The translations under genes were made by a program, and so were the position numbers. A DNA stretch of 64,000 nucleotides from contig OZ024747.1 in assembly GCA_964016885.1 (NCBI GenBank), positions 72,912,001 through 72,976,000 of the forward strand, written 5' to 3'. Origin of the DNA: Eledone cirrhosa. Lineage: Eukaryota. Below are positions 37,591 through 50,803 of the stretch, in pieces. The notes under the pieces were generated by a model. The model was not told where the DNA came from and made no database searches. It worked only from the letters and a program-made list of their open reading frames with translations. Numbering within the stretch: the first letter of the stretch is position 1; every line of letters begins with the position of its first letter.

Positions 37591-37890
37591 TTTGGCAATA
37601 TCGGTAGAGGGTCGGACGCCATGCTTTGACGCATACTTACGGCCCTTGCCATTCTGAGTTCAAATCCCGCCGAAGTTAACTTTGACTTTCATCCTTACGA
37701 GGTCGATAAAATAAAGTACCAGTAATGTACTGGATTAATTGCTGGCCTTGTGCCAAAAGTAGAAAACATTATTATTTTTGATACGATCTGAGTTCAAATG
37801 CCGCCGAGGTTAATTTTGCCTTTCATCCATACGGGGTCGATAAAATATAGCATCCGTAATGCACTGGGGTCGATTTAACCGACTTCTCCC
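37591..37890 (+). mobile_element. Two adjacent SINE family 1 copies (37591-37770; truncated 37787-37890)
   Basis: Both match the family head or core. Confidence 0.85.
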
Positions 37891-37892
37891 CC

Positions 37893-38345
37893 CAATACGG
37901 TACCCCTGTGACTCCCCCCTAGTAATACCGTCAATACGGTACCCTGTGACTCCCCCCCTAGTAATACCGTCAATACGGTACCCTTGTGACCCCACCGCCC
38001 CTACTAATACCGTCAATACGGTACCCTTGTGACCCCCCCGCCCCTAGTAATACCGTCAATACGGTACCCTTGTGACCCCCCTAGTAATACCGTCAATACG
38101 GTACCCTTGTGACCCCCTAGTAATACCGTCAATACGGTACCCTTGTGTCCCCCCCTAGTAATACCGTCAATACGGTACCCTTGTGACCCCCCCTAGTAAT
38201 ACCGTCAATACGGTACCCTTGTGACCCCCCCGCCCCTAGTAATACCGTCAATACGGTACCCTTGTGACCCCCCCGCCCCTAGTAATACCGTCAATACGGT
38301 ACCCCTGTGACCCCCCCCCCCCTAGTAATACCGTCAATACGGTAC
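37893..38345. repeat. Minisatellite, ~36-43-bp unit with a variable C-run, about 12 copies
   Basis: CTAGTAATACCGTCAATACGGTACCCTTGTGACCCCC repeated. Confidence 0.95.
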
Positions 38346-38536
38346 GCCTACGACTCTCTCAAGAGTTATAAGACTAAACAAATATAACTTCTGAATATTT
38401 CTTGATTTATTACAACAGAATCTTTTAATGTAGTTTCAATATAATTCTTATAAATATTTTTATTACGATATCAACAACTTTCAGTCTTATTACAATAACT
38501 GCACTTCTTTAAAATAATCACTCGTACTACAACAAC

Positions 38537-38608
<72 letters not shown>

Positions 38609-38609
<1 letters not shown>

Positions 38610-38997
38610 CTTAGTCTTAGTTCCTCCAGTCCCTTGTAGACCATTGGGCGACGAGCTTCCTCCACTTGATCCTGTCACTGGCGGCCCTTCTAGCACCTCT
38701 CCAGGTAATTCCCATATCCCGCAGGTCCTCCCTGAATGTGCTCCGCCATGTTTTTCGTGGTCTCCCCGTTCTCTCCTGCCACCTTCTGGTACCCAATTCA
38801 TGGCAATGTGAGCAGGTCGATCTGCCAACAAACGAAGGATGTGGCCCGCGAACTGCCGTCTCCTTTTCCGGACAATGTCTCTTAACCTCTCCAATCCTGA
38901 CCCCCTCATCACTTCCTCGTTGCTAACTTGGTCTCTCCATGAAATTTTCAATATGGTGCGAATGCAACGACAGTGGAATACATCAAGCTTGTTACAT

Positions 38998-39000
<3 letters not shown>
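38609..39000 (-). mobile_element. 3' fragment of an RTE-clade LINE inserted in (TA)n
   Basis: [46 protein letters not shown]; (ACTAAG)n tail. Confidence 0.88.
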
Positions 39001-39061
<61 letters not shown>

Positions 39062-39065
39062 CACA

Positions 39066-39127
<62 letters not shown>

Positions 39128-39129
<2 letters not shown>

Positions 39130-39562
39130 AGGAGGTTATAGTTCACTTGAAGCATTGTGTAATGAGGTATAAACGTTTGTATATGTATAATAAAGCCAAA
39201 ACAATGCAGGTATGGACATAGAATAAAGAATGCAAATGCAAAAGATATTGTTGACAATTAGTCTTTTACCTTAGATTTATTTAAATGTCCTTAATTTTCG
39301 AGATAGTATCTCTTCTTCGGAGGGAAGGAAAGTGGTTAAACCAGTGCTCTAAATAGCTTGCCAAGTCATGCTGGTAAGCTATTTAGAACACCGGTTTAAC
39401 CGCTTTACTTCCCTCCGAAGAAGAGATATTATCTCGAAAATTAAGGACATTTAAATAAATCTAAGGTAAAAGACTAATTGTCAACAATATCTTTTGCATT
39501 TGCATTCTTTATTCTATGTCCATACCTGCATTGTTTTGGCTTTATTATACATGTACAAACGT

Positions 39563-39568
<6 letters not shown>
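39128..39568. mobile_element. Fold-back element: 193-bp near-perfect inverted arms, each with a hammerhead motif, between (TA)n tracts
   Basis: Arms 39171-39363 and 39372-39564; CCU-CCGAAGA-A-GAGAUA..UAUCUC-GAAA-AU-UA-AGG at 39412-39446 (+) and its mirror at 39289-39323 (-). Confidence 0.8.
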
Positions 39569-39633
<65 letters not shown>

Positions 39634-39793
39634 AGTGGAAGCTTAGTAAAATCGAAGCTTTGGCTGCGGTCAAGCAAAATCGACCTACAATTAGGAATGA
39701 GTAGCAAAGCACTCAATAAGGGTATATATATATATGTATAATATACACCCACACACTATATATATATATATAGTATACACCCACACACACACA

Positions 39794-39932
<139 letters not shown>

Positions 39933-40216
39933 CCACACTATATATACGTAATCAACTTTTTTTATGTGATCGATTACCAATAATATCAATCGACAATAAA
40001 GTTGCTCGACAATAAAACAATAAAATCATTTAACCATTTCAAAACAGTTGAGCAGAATTCGTTATTTAATCAATCATCTATAAATCTGTTCGATTTTAAT
40101 GTCCTCCAAAACTATTTGTTTATATTTATTTATCCACAAAACTATTAAACAAGATTCTCTACTGTTTAGTGAGATAACTCATCATTTATCACATAGCTAC
40201 CAATGGACTTATGTAT

Positions 40217-40342
<126 letters not shown>

Positions 40343-40454
40343 CAAAGGAATTTAGTCCAGAAATAGCCGTCGAAACGGCTTGAGCTCTGCAGTCGGGGTC
40401 ATACTTTTTCCTATATATATATATATATGTATGTATGTATATACATACACACAC

Positions 40455-40498
<44 letters not shown>

Positions 40499-40556
40499 GT
40501 ATATGTATATACATATATGTGTGTTTGTATGTATATATATGTATTTATACATGTAA

Positions 40557-40611
<55 letters not shown>

Positions 40612-40680
40612 GGGGAAATAGGTAAAATCCGGACCTCGGTGACAAGTGGCTTCGGCTTGTATCATGATTTTGTATTGAAC

Positions 40681-40985
40681 ATTTTGAAAGTACGTTTATA
40701 AGTAAGAATTTTCATAAAATGTTCGTAGTTGTCCCTGTGGCCTAGCGGTAGGTACTAGAGACGGTGGAGATCTTAGTTTTGAGTTCAATCCTGGTCAAGA
40801 GCTACACGTAACCGTTTTTATTTTACAAACCATAGAAAAAAACTGAAAACGCTTACTGAGAACACTTCCGACCTGGATCGAAATTCAGACCCGGATCACC
40901 ACCGTCTATGATTCTTCCAACTAGGCCACCGAGACAGCTACAAACGTTTAATGAAAATTAATAATTATAAACCTACTTTCAAAAT
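40681..40985. repeat. Diverged inverted repeat whose arms contain tRNA-like A and B boxes
   Basis: Arms about 40681-40800 and 40865-40985; TGGCCTAGCGG and GAGTTCAATCC on the left arm, mirrored on the right. Confidence 0.7.
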
Positions 40986-41361
40986 CAAAATTAAAAAAGA
41001 TCTAGTAGTCATATTTAGGTTCGACTTGTCAATCTTCTAGCTATTTGGTAACAACCTTATTATTCCTATGTGTGTTTAACTGTTGAATTAATTTAATTTG
41101 ATTATTTTAACAAACAAATAATATATATATATATATATATGGATGTAAAAGGTAAACAGAAATAACAACATGATCGGTACAGTATATGGAAGGTATATAT
41201 TAGATATATATAGTGGTGGACTGATCATATATATATATACAGTGTCAATTAGGTGCCCAGGGATTTTTGTACAAGTTGAAAACATGTTATGTATACATAT
41301 ATATAAATCTACATATACACATGTACATGCATACATATACAGGCACTCCCGTATTATATAT

Positions 41362-41551
41362 AGGCGGTGGATTGGCAGTGTCGGTAGAAGGTCGGACGCC
41401 ATGCTTTGACGCTTAGAGTTACGGCCCTTGCCATTCTGTGTTCAAATCCCGCCGAGGTTAACTTTGCCTTTCATCCTTACGAGGTCGATAAAATAAAGTA
41501 CCAGTAATGCACTGGATAATTGCTGGCCTTGTGCCAAAAGTAGAAACAATT
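41362..41551 (+). mobile_element. tRNA-derived SINE family 1, full length
   Basis: GGCGGTGGATTGGCAGTGTCGGTAG head, GTTCAAATCC B box, conserved core and tail; TA-rich flanks. Confidence 0.9.
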
Positions 41552-41805
41552 ATATATATATATTGAGTGAGTGTGAAAGACCAAAGCTCATTATTGAAAG
41601 TCTCTGGATTTCGCAAAATACATAATATTTTATATTGGAGAAGGTAAGATATTTTTCCGCAAAAATTTGATTGCACTATTTTGTTTCCAATTATGTATTT
41701 TTCGAAAATGTTATTTATTCATTATAAAAATTAAATGATAGCATTCTATATGTAGGTGGGCCCCCTTCATCTCCTGGCAACCAATATTTTTAGACCCAGT
41801 TCGCC

Positions 41806-41859
<54 letters not shown>

Positions 41860-43220
41860 TACATATGCATGTGTCTTTGCATGTGTATGCATTTTTCCAA
41901 GCTTATTACTTCTATGAAGAATACAGAATCTTTGTGTGTGTGTGCATGCCTGCGTCTTTATTTAAATGCGTATATATGTGTGTTGATGTGAATGTGAGAC
42001 TTTCTGTTAGGATGAATGTTGAAATAAAGGAGATAAAATTATATTGAATGAAATTAGTAACTTTGCCGTATTTCTTTGACTACAGAAAATATTAGATCTA
42101 TGCCGCAAAGTATGTTGTTCGACACTCTACCGCTTACTGACATTCCACCGCCCTTTTCTAAACGAACACCATGCTGTGAAACAGTCATCTACTCAATATG
42201 AGGACATTTACCCCCACATGTTAGTAATCACTAGGTTGACAACCTCTTCACAGACGGTCATTTTCAATTCCAACTAATAGCTAACCACAAACGTTAGCTA
42301 GCCAAATCGTCTCAGCATAGATACAAATTTACGTTGCTGTCCAAATTACGAAGAATATTCTCGGATTCATTGAACAGTGACAGACCAGACACGTCATTCC
42401 CAAAGAGATTATAATTACACTAATGCCACGAGAGGTTTTCGGAAATTTTCCGCAAATCTTTCATCAATTAACTAACATAGGACGCAACTATCCATGAAGC
42501 AATTTGTCAGATGAAGTTCAGCGTTGCTAAAAGAATTGTTTAATCAAAATGCAATGTCCGAACGCTCACCTGTTAATGAGGCTTCAATTGAATTTATCAT
42601 ACGACAATGACCCTAGACACATGCAAACAATTCACTTGATATACGTATTCAAATTTGTATTCAATCTATGGAAAGTTGTTCTTGGCTGGGAACTAACTAA
42701 ATTGGACGTGTTTCTGTTATATTCAAGTCATCAATATCTTCTTTCAATACTTAGTCTGAGACGTACTCCCGGGTCTCGAATAATGCCCCCCCCCCCCGCT
42801 CGAATAATGCCCTCGCCCCGCTCTTATTAATTTTTCAAATTTCCCAACCTCAAACTCTTATTTCAGACCCCCACCGCTTATTAAATTACACTAACCTATC
42901 TCCGGGAAAATTTTATTCTAAGTGGTAACATTCCTGCGACAATTAATTTTTTTTAGACATTAAAAAACATAATACATGACAAAAAAGATTACAAGAAATC
43001 TCAGACGTTATAATGTATAAACATGTTTTCCTTTTTCGTCGCTATGGTCACTGCGGCCCTTCTATCGGTCGCTGTCTTCAATTTGCAAAGCTGTCTAAAC
43101 GTAATGTTATAACTCTAGGGTTATATACCCTATCGATTGCTTAGCTGTACACCGAGACTGCATTCGTTAGCTTGGCTGCAACCATGGCTTCGTTGATGCT
43201 GTACTAAACTAATATATATA

Positions 43221-43448
<228 letters not shown>

Positions 43449-43525
43449 TATATACATATATATATACATATACATATATATATACATATATATATACATA
43501 TACATATATATACATATATATATAT

Positions 43526-43850
43526 ATATGAGAGACGTAAAATAAGAAAACTATAAAATTAACTTACTTACTAAAATATCACTTCCAACTAATTAGTTTC
43601 TGGAATGGAATAAATATATTTTCCAGTCCACGCTTTGCCTGGATACTTACATGAGAATAGTCTTCCCTGACGACGGAATGATTCTCTATGTTTTCTTCGG
43701 AAAATATATTTATTCCATTCCAGAAACTAATTAGTTGGAAGTGATATTTTAGTAAGTAAGTTAATTTTATAATTTTCTTATTTTACGTCTCTCATATTAT
43801 TGTTCTGCAACCCCATGCATTGAACCACAAAGTTACTAAGACAAAACCTA
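43526..43850 (+). mobile_element. Fold-back Penelope-derived cassette: 99-bp inverted arms and one complete hammerhead
   Basis: Arms 43526-43624 and 43699-43797 with one visible mismatch; flanked by TA-rich microsatellites. Confidence 0.8.
43662..43741 (+). ncRNA. Type I hammerhead ribozyme with an extended stem II and palindromic stem III
   Basis: CUUCC-CUGACGA-C-GGAAUG...CAUUCC-A-GAAA-CUAAUUAG-UU-GGAAG; all three stems pair, GUU cleavage triplet. Confidence 0.8.
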
Positions 43851-43911
43851 TATATTTGCTAGCATTGATATGCATCTGTATGTATATATATGTTACTAGA
43901 TATTAATTCTT

Positions 43912-44070
43912 TATATATATATATATGTATATACATATATATATATATATACATATATATATACATATATATATATACATATATATACATATATATACAT
44001 ATATATACATATATATACATATATATATATACACATATATATATACATATATATATATATATACACACAC

Positions 44071-44102
<32 letters not shown>

Positions 44103-44108
44103 ATATAC

Positions 44109-44185
<77 letters not shown>

Positions 44186-44232
44186 CATATATATATACAT
44201 ATATACATATATATATATATACATATATATAT

Positions 44233-44263
<31 letters not shown>

Positions 44264-44278
44264 TACATATATATATAC

Positions 44279-44353
<75 letters not shown>

Positions 44354-44354
44354 C

Positions 44355-44388
<34 letters not shown>
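43912..44388. repeat. (TA)n/(TACA) compound microsatellite; a similar tract lies at 43212-43528
   Basis: Direct observation. Confidence 0.98.
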
Positions 44389-44525
44389 GCGAAGGTGCAA
44401 AGCTTAGTGGTTAGAGTATTCAGCTAACAATGGTAAGGTCATGTGTTCGATTCTCGGTGACGCGTTGTGTTCTGGAGTAAGACACTTTATTTCATGTGGC
44501 CCCAGTCCACACAGCTGGGAAAAAT
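44389..44525 (+). mobile_element. tRNA-derived SINE family 2 (Meta-domain-like), 5' part
   Basis: GCTTAGTGGTTAG A box, GTTCGATTC B box, TTGTGTTCTGGAGTAAGACACTTTATTTC core; related to 56345-56720. Confidence 0.75.
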
Positions 44526-44653
44526 CTATCTACCTACCTATCTATCTATCTAATTTATTTTTAAATATAAATTGTTTACAGAAATCAAGTTTGTATTCTT
44601 TGTTCCACACTCGGTTAATAATCAAACACTTTTTAGTGCGTCTATCTATTTTT

Positions 44654-45465
44654 GTATGTGTGTATATGTGTGGTTGTGTCTGCGTGTATATGTGTGGTTG
44701 TGTCTGCGTGTATATGTGTGGTTGTGTCTGCGTGTGTATGTGTGATTGTGTCTGCGTGTGTATGTGTGATTGTGTCTGCGTGTACATGTGTGGTTGTGTC
44801 TGCGTGTATATGTGTGGTTGTGTCTGCGTGTGTATGTGTGATTGTGTCTGCGTGTACATATGTGGTTGTGTCTGCGTGTGTATGTGTGATTGTGTCTGCG
44901 TGTGTATATGTGTGGTTGTGTCTGCGTGTGTATATGTGTGGTTGTCTCTGCGTGTGTATATGTGTGATTGTGTCTGCGTGTACATGTGTGGTTGTGTCTG
45001 CGTGTATATGTGTGGTTGTGTCTGCGTGTATATCTGTGGTTGTGTCTGCGTGTGTATGTGTGATTGTGTCTGCGTGTACATGTGTGGTTGTGTCTGCGTG
45101 TACATGTGTGGTTGTGTCTGCGTGTATATGTGTGGTTGTGTCTGCGTGTACATGTGTGGTTGTGTCTGCGTGTACATGTGTGGTTGTGTCTGCGTGTGTA
45201 TGTGTGATTGTGTCTGCGTGTGTATATGTGTGGTTGTGTCTGCGTGTACATGTGTGGTTGTGTCTGCGTGTGTATATGTATGGTTGTGTCTGCGTGTACA
45301 TGTGTGGTTGTGTCTGCGTGTATATGTGTGGTTGTGTCTGCGTGTACATGTGTGGTTGTGTCTGCGTGTATATGTGTGGTTGTGTCTGCGTGTGTATGTG
45401 TGGTTGTGTCTGCGTGTATATGTGTGATTATGTCTGCGTGTATATGTGTAGTTGTGTCTGCGTAT
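44654..45465. repeat. 24-bp minisatellite, roughly 33 copies
   Basis: Unit TATGTGTGGTTGTGTCTGCGTGTA. Confidence 0.97.
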
Positions 45466-47303
45466 GTTTGTAGACACAAATGGCAAGCCTCTCTTGTTCC
45501 AGTTGATGTATTAATGACTCAGAGTGTAGTCATCATCTTCAGTGTGTAGCTATCACTTTGGTTTTGTTTAAAGGAATTTCTGAATTCTCCATACCGCAGG
45601 GGCTGAAGCACGTCATTTGTAATCCTCCGCCCAACGCGACTATATAATTTATAACCTCTATCAAGTGAATATTTCATTGTCCACAATCAACTGTTAAGTT
45701 TGGGGAATTACCAACAGTTCATGAGAGCAATTTTACAACGTCAAATTAACTTGTGAGTCTCATCTCTTGAAATTTACAACCTTCTCTACCGAAACCTTGC
45801 TTTCTATAGTAATTACAGTTCTGGGACCAACCAGTTATTGGTTGAATATCTATCACGTGACTAAAACGCACATCAACCGATCCTACCACCTCTCCCATTC
45901 TCCCCCTCTCTCTCCTACTTTTGTCTGCTGAATGTAAAGTATTACGTCAACAGTTTTTTTTCTTCTCTTTCTTAACGTCTCACTAACGTTATCGATTATT
46001 GATATGAAGTTGATTTTCTTTGAAACTGAAGAAAAGGAGAAGCAAAAAAGACCACACAATAATAAAGAAAAGAATATCAATAGATTGAATCGTCTTTATT
46101 AATTATTGGAATTATGTGTAATAACTCTTGTTTTTTGTTTGTTTGTATATTTTATGTTATTTAATTTTCATTTTTCCATTTCGGCAGCGGCTTTGTTCTG
46201 CGGCGTTGAAAAATAAAAGATTTATAGCATTTCTTCTGACATCGAAATAATTACTTTTTATAATATGCCAATCGTTACAATGCATATTCGTTTATTTCAT
46301 TCGGTTAATTACATGGTTCTCATAGTATTTTGCTGATAGGGGGCATATCATGGCTTTCAACTTCATAACCCACCTCTATTGACTTACTAAAATTAACTTA
46401 TACTCAAATTGTCTCCTTTTAAGAATTGTCTTTGACATTTAAATTCGGTGCAAGATTTCACTTCATGTTATTTTAGAATTCCCGTAAATCGACCGGATAT
46501 TTCAATTCTAGGAAAAAAGTGGCCTATTTTATTTTCCAAATTAACAAAATTAGTCGATTAGGAAATATTTAAATGAATGTTTTTAGGAAGATTTATACCA
46601 AAACTTTTTACTTCTACCTCCCCCACCCCACCAAATTAATCTAGACAACTTTTGGTACACATTAATCACATAAACTCATGTCTCACTTCCTGGAAACATG
46701 TTATTTTGCATCTGGCACGAACTATACATCAATTTGTTTACAATTTGCAGTTGATCATCAAAGTGGGCATAACAATTTTTGAGATGTTGAGGTGGGGCAT
46801 GGTGTACAAAAGGTCGGGCCCCACTGATGCAGAGCTTGAAACATTTCACTTTTAATCTATTATAATTTAAGTGTCATACTTATTAAAAATATACTTCTTA
46901 CAATCAGTTAGTTATAGATTATTAATTGTACCAGTCAAGTTATTAAATTAAAAGAAAAAAAACGGAAACTTTTATTTCGTGTAAGATAAAGTGATATTTG
47001 AACTACTCTATCAAAATAAATTAAAAAACAATAACAATACCCCCCCCCCCAAAAAAAAACGATAACAACAACAACAACAACAACAACAACAAATGCTATG
47101 TTTAAATAGATATGACGGCCTTATGGTTTATCAATTGCGCCTGTCAGCTCTTACTTACTATTTAAAAAAAAATCCCCCGGCCTTTTTATTTCATGCAAGA
47201 TAAAATTATTCCCTAATATATATATATATATAAATATATATATATAAATATATATAAATATATATATATAAATATATATATATAAATATATATATATAAA
47301 TAT

Positions 47304-47665
47304 ATGAAAAAGAACACAAGAGCGTCTACAACATCAAAAGATTTTTATTGGCTAACAATGTTTCTTCCTTACGTGTAACCGTAGGATTCGTCAGAGCTAT
47401 AAAAGGGGTTTGATTGGTGTTATGGACTCTACCAACCAAACACTCAAGAACAAAGAGTAAAGAGAGTAAAGAGAGTAAAGAGCAAAAGTAGGGGACGATA
47501 AGTCTAATTTTGGTGCGGGATGGTGGGGTGTGGGTCCTTGTTTACTAGCTGCGGTCATATTCATTCCCGGGAGTCGGGTGGTTAGCTGAACCATAGATGG
47601 GGTGGCGTCGATAGTATGGTGCAGAGGGTGCGCAGAGGCTACACAAACACATAGGGCATACAATA
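47304..47665 (-). mobile_element. Solo Penelope-like terminal repeat between (TA)n tracts, with a hammerhead at 47351-47397
   Basis: GCU-CUGACGA-A-UCCUACG(GUUACA)CGUAAGGA-A-GAAA-CAUUG-UU-AGC followed by AATAAA and TTTTTCAT(AT)n. Confidence 0.72.
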
Positions 47666-47910
47666 TATATATATATATATATATATAGCGGAGGAGATAA
47701 TTAGAAATGGAAAAAGAGTAATAATAATAATCTATAATTAATAGTGTATAATAAGGCATGGGGAAGATTACACTATAATAAGGTATAAAGGTAAGAATAA
47801 GGTAAAATATAAAGGAGGATAAAAGAGGAAATAATAAAGATAAAAAAATATATATAGAGAATATATAAGGAAATATAAGCGAATATTTGGAGGGGAAAAC
47901 ACAATGTGGT

Positions 47911-48140
47911 GGTGACTTACATGAAATAAACACTTTTGTGGGGTTTTGGGAGGTATTTTTTCAGGAGCTATGACTGGCACATTGCATAAACCAATGAGGA
48001 CTTGAAATTTATTTAAACGTATGAATTATTTGATATATATATATGTGTGTATATGTATAAAGACATCAAGAAATCAAATAATTCATACGTTTAAATACCT
48101 CCCAAAACCCCACAAAAGTGTTTATTTAATGTAAGTCACC
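47911..48140. repeat. Inverted repeat with an extra segment in the left arm
   Basis: 47911-47957 plus 48010-48033 are the reverse complement of about 48069-48140. Confidence 0.85.
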
Positions 48141-48832
48141 CCCTCCCCCACAACAACAACAACGACAACAACAACCTAAAACAGACCCAAAAGAACAACA
48201 AACAAAAAAACAATTAAAAAAGCAAAAAATAACAACCACAACAAGAACAAGAAACAAACTAAAAGAAAGGCATGTTTTATAACCCTCCCCCACCCCTAAC
48301 ATTCTAATATTGAATTTACCTTTCATTTCTGTCTTATTTTGTTTATCTTTTGTTTCACCGTCATTTGATTTTGATATTTTAAAGTCCATTTCAAATGTGA
48401 ATTTAAAGAGCAAATAAAATTAAATAAAATTAAATAGAATAAACTCCAGAGAATGTCAGTAAATATAAGAGGAGAATTTAAAGACAAAAAACGAAAGAAA
48501 GAAAAAGAAAGAAAGATTTCAATTTTGGTGTTATTTTCTCGTATTTTTAAAAATAAATAATATAAAAATAAAATAAATAATAAAACAAAAAACAAATTAA
48601 GAAATAAAATACAAAAATAAAAAAAAGAGTTTTCTCTCTTATTAAATGGAATCTTTAAGAAGTAAATTCTTCAGTGAAGAATTATTAACTTTTATTAGTC
48701 ACCACAGACAGTCACAGATATAAAGGAAACAACGTGGTTTCCAGTTCAATTCGGCTGCACCGTCATTGCTTGGGTTGACTAATAGATTTGTATCAAGAAG
48801 TTGGTAGAACGAAATTGTGCAGAAGCCCGTTG

Positions 48833-48866
<34 letters not shown>

Positions 48867-49079
48867 TGCATATGTCATACATAGACATACACACACACAG
48901 TGACGTGAAATAAAATGTCTTGTTCAAGGACACAATGCGCCGCCTTATGAGAATGTGAACAAAACACTGAAATCCCTAAAGCACGCGTCCTCACGATAGA
49001 TACTATTTAATTTTAGCATAAGGAGAGGGAGGTGGATTAATAGAATAGAGCTTGCAGCATTTAATTATGGCCTTTTATG

Positions 49080-49255
49080 TTCTGAGTTCAAATCCCACCG
49101 AGGTTAACTTTGTCTGTCATCCTTTCGAGGTCGATACAAAAAAGTACCAGTCAAGTACTGGGGTCGATTCATCCTCTATATCTCTTTCTCACTGCTCGCT
49201 CCTAGCTATTACTCTATCTCTCCTTCTCAGGAAGAAATCGACTCTATTCCGCTAG
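49080..49255 (+). mobile_element. SINE family 1 long-tail variant, partial
   Basis: TCTGAGTTCAAATCCCACCGAGGTTAAC..AAGTACCAG..AAGAAATC. Confidence 0.75.
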
Positions 49256-49636
49256 GCTTAATGTACGCCTAGGGGTCCATACATACTATAACTAACAAAC
49301 TGCTCTTGTTAGATAGTATTGGCTCAGTGCAGTCAACACGATTATCAGATACTGTTAAGGCTTATTTCTGAGACATTCTTCGGTGTAATTAAACAATCTT
49401 TAATTATTATTAAAAACAATAAAACGAGAGATAGCAAACTAAATCTAAAATTTTTATAGGTGATCAATATCACATCTGAAATTAATTTCACCAATCCAGC
49501 ATCACGTAGACTGGAATAGAATGGAACGGTTCTCCATCGGTGTCGACGATAGTCTTCCAGTTCGATTAATGGAACGCACTGATCGTGAAATTCACATATT
49601 CACACACCTAAAATTATCACACATATTTGTTTCATT

Positions 49637-49724
<88 letters not shown>

Positions 49725-49861
49725 GCACTCTGCGCGTACACACACGGAGAGACATATACACATATGCATATATATAAATATACTTACAGATATGCGCATA
49801 TACAACATATAAATACATACACACTTCCACATCCATGTTGTCTAGGAGACATTATCAATAA

Positions 49862-49975
49862 GAGTTCAAATCCCGCCGAGGTCAACTTCGCCTTTCATCC
49901 TTACGAGGTCAATAAAATAAAGTACCAGTAATGTACTGGGTAGTTGCTGGCCTTGTGCCAAAAGTAGAAACAATT
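49862..49975 (+). mobile_element. SINE family 1, 5'-truncated, with an 11-bp flanking repeat
   Basis: ATTATCAATAA at 49851-49861 and 49973-49983. Confidence 0.88.
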
Positions 49976-50374
49976 ATCAATAAATACACGATATGTATTC
50001 CTTAAACTGAGGAGGTTGTCAAGTCATTTGTTAGATACTTTTCTCAGAGTAATGGAGAGTTGACAATGTTGTTGAGAGTTTCATGTCAAGATTGAAGATT
50101 ATTGTACATGATGGCTTTGGAAGTCAGGGAACTTCTGCATAAAACACGGCTGGATAACCACGTTTACGCCTATATATATATATGTACACTTCTATACACA
50201 CGTATACACATGAACATAAACATCTACATGTGCACGTATATGTATTTATACGTACGCTCTCACATACAGACGCAGATGTACGCACACCCAAACACAGATA
50301 CGCCCGCCCATATACATATGTATATAACCAATATGTATATGAGTCCGAAGTCTCATTAGGTCAGTGATTATCTC

Positions 50375-50540
50375 GGTGTCCGTGGCGTTAAACAACTGGG
50401 AGTACATGACTCTCCCCTTATCAATCGCAGAGTTAAACCCTCAGCTATGCTGGTACTCATTTTCAACTGAGTATACTGAAGCAACATAGAATGAAGTGTT
50501 TATCTCAAGAATACAACACATGACCCAGTCCAGGAATGTC
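50375..50540 (-). mobile_element. Diverged SINE family 2-like copy
   Basis: Reverse complement of TGTTGTATTCTTGAGATAAACACTT..TTGCTTCAGTATACTCAGTTG..TGAGTACCAG. Confidence 0.55.
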
Positions 50541-50742
50541 TCCACCGAAAATAGAACTCCATTTGCCTACTTGTTGCTTTCGGAACTTACCAAGAATCAA
50601 CAACAACGCATACACACATATAAACACTGACAGCACACACAAGGAATCTGTTAGACACACATACAGTGCACTCATATCTAAGCAGTTACACCCGATCGAA
50701 TTGACACATATACAATAGACAATCATATATATACAATAGACA

Positions 50743-50803
<61 letters not shown>

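Noticed and set aside
37893-38345. CRISPR-like palindromic repeats
   Set aside because: Only the C-run length varies between units; there are no spacers.
42180-42700. Possible Tc1/mariner transposase relic
   Set aside because: Only faint motif resemblance; it cannot be supported without a profile search.
47690-48650. Mitochondrial control-region insertion (NUMT)
   Set aside because: AT-rich and strand-skewed, but no mitochondrial gene or tRNA is recognisable.
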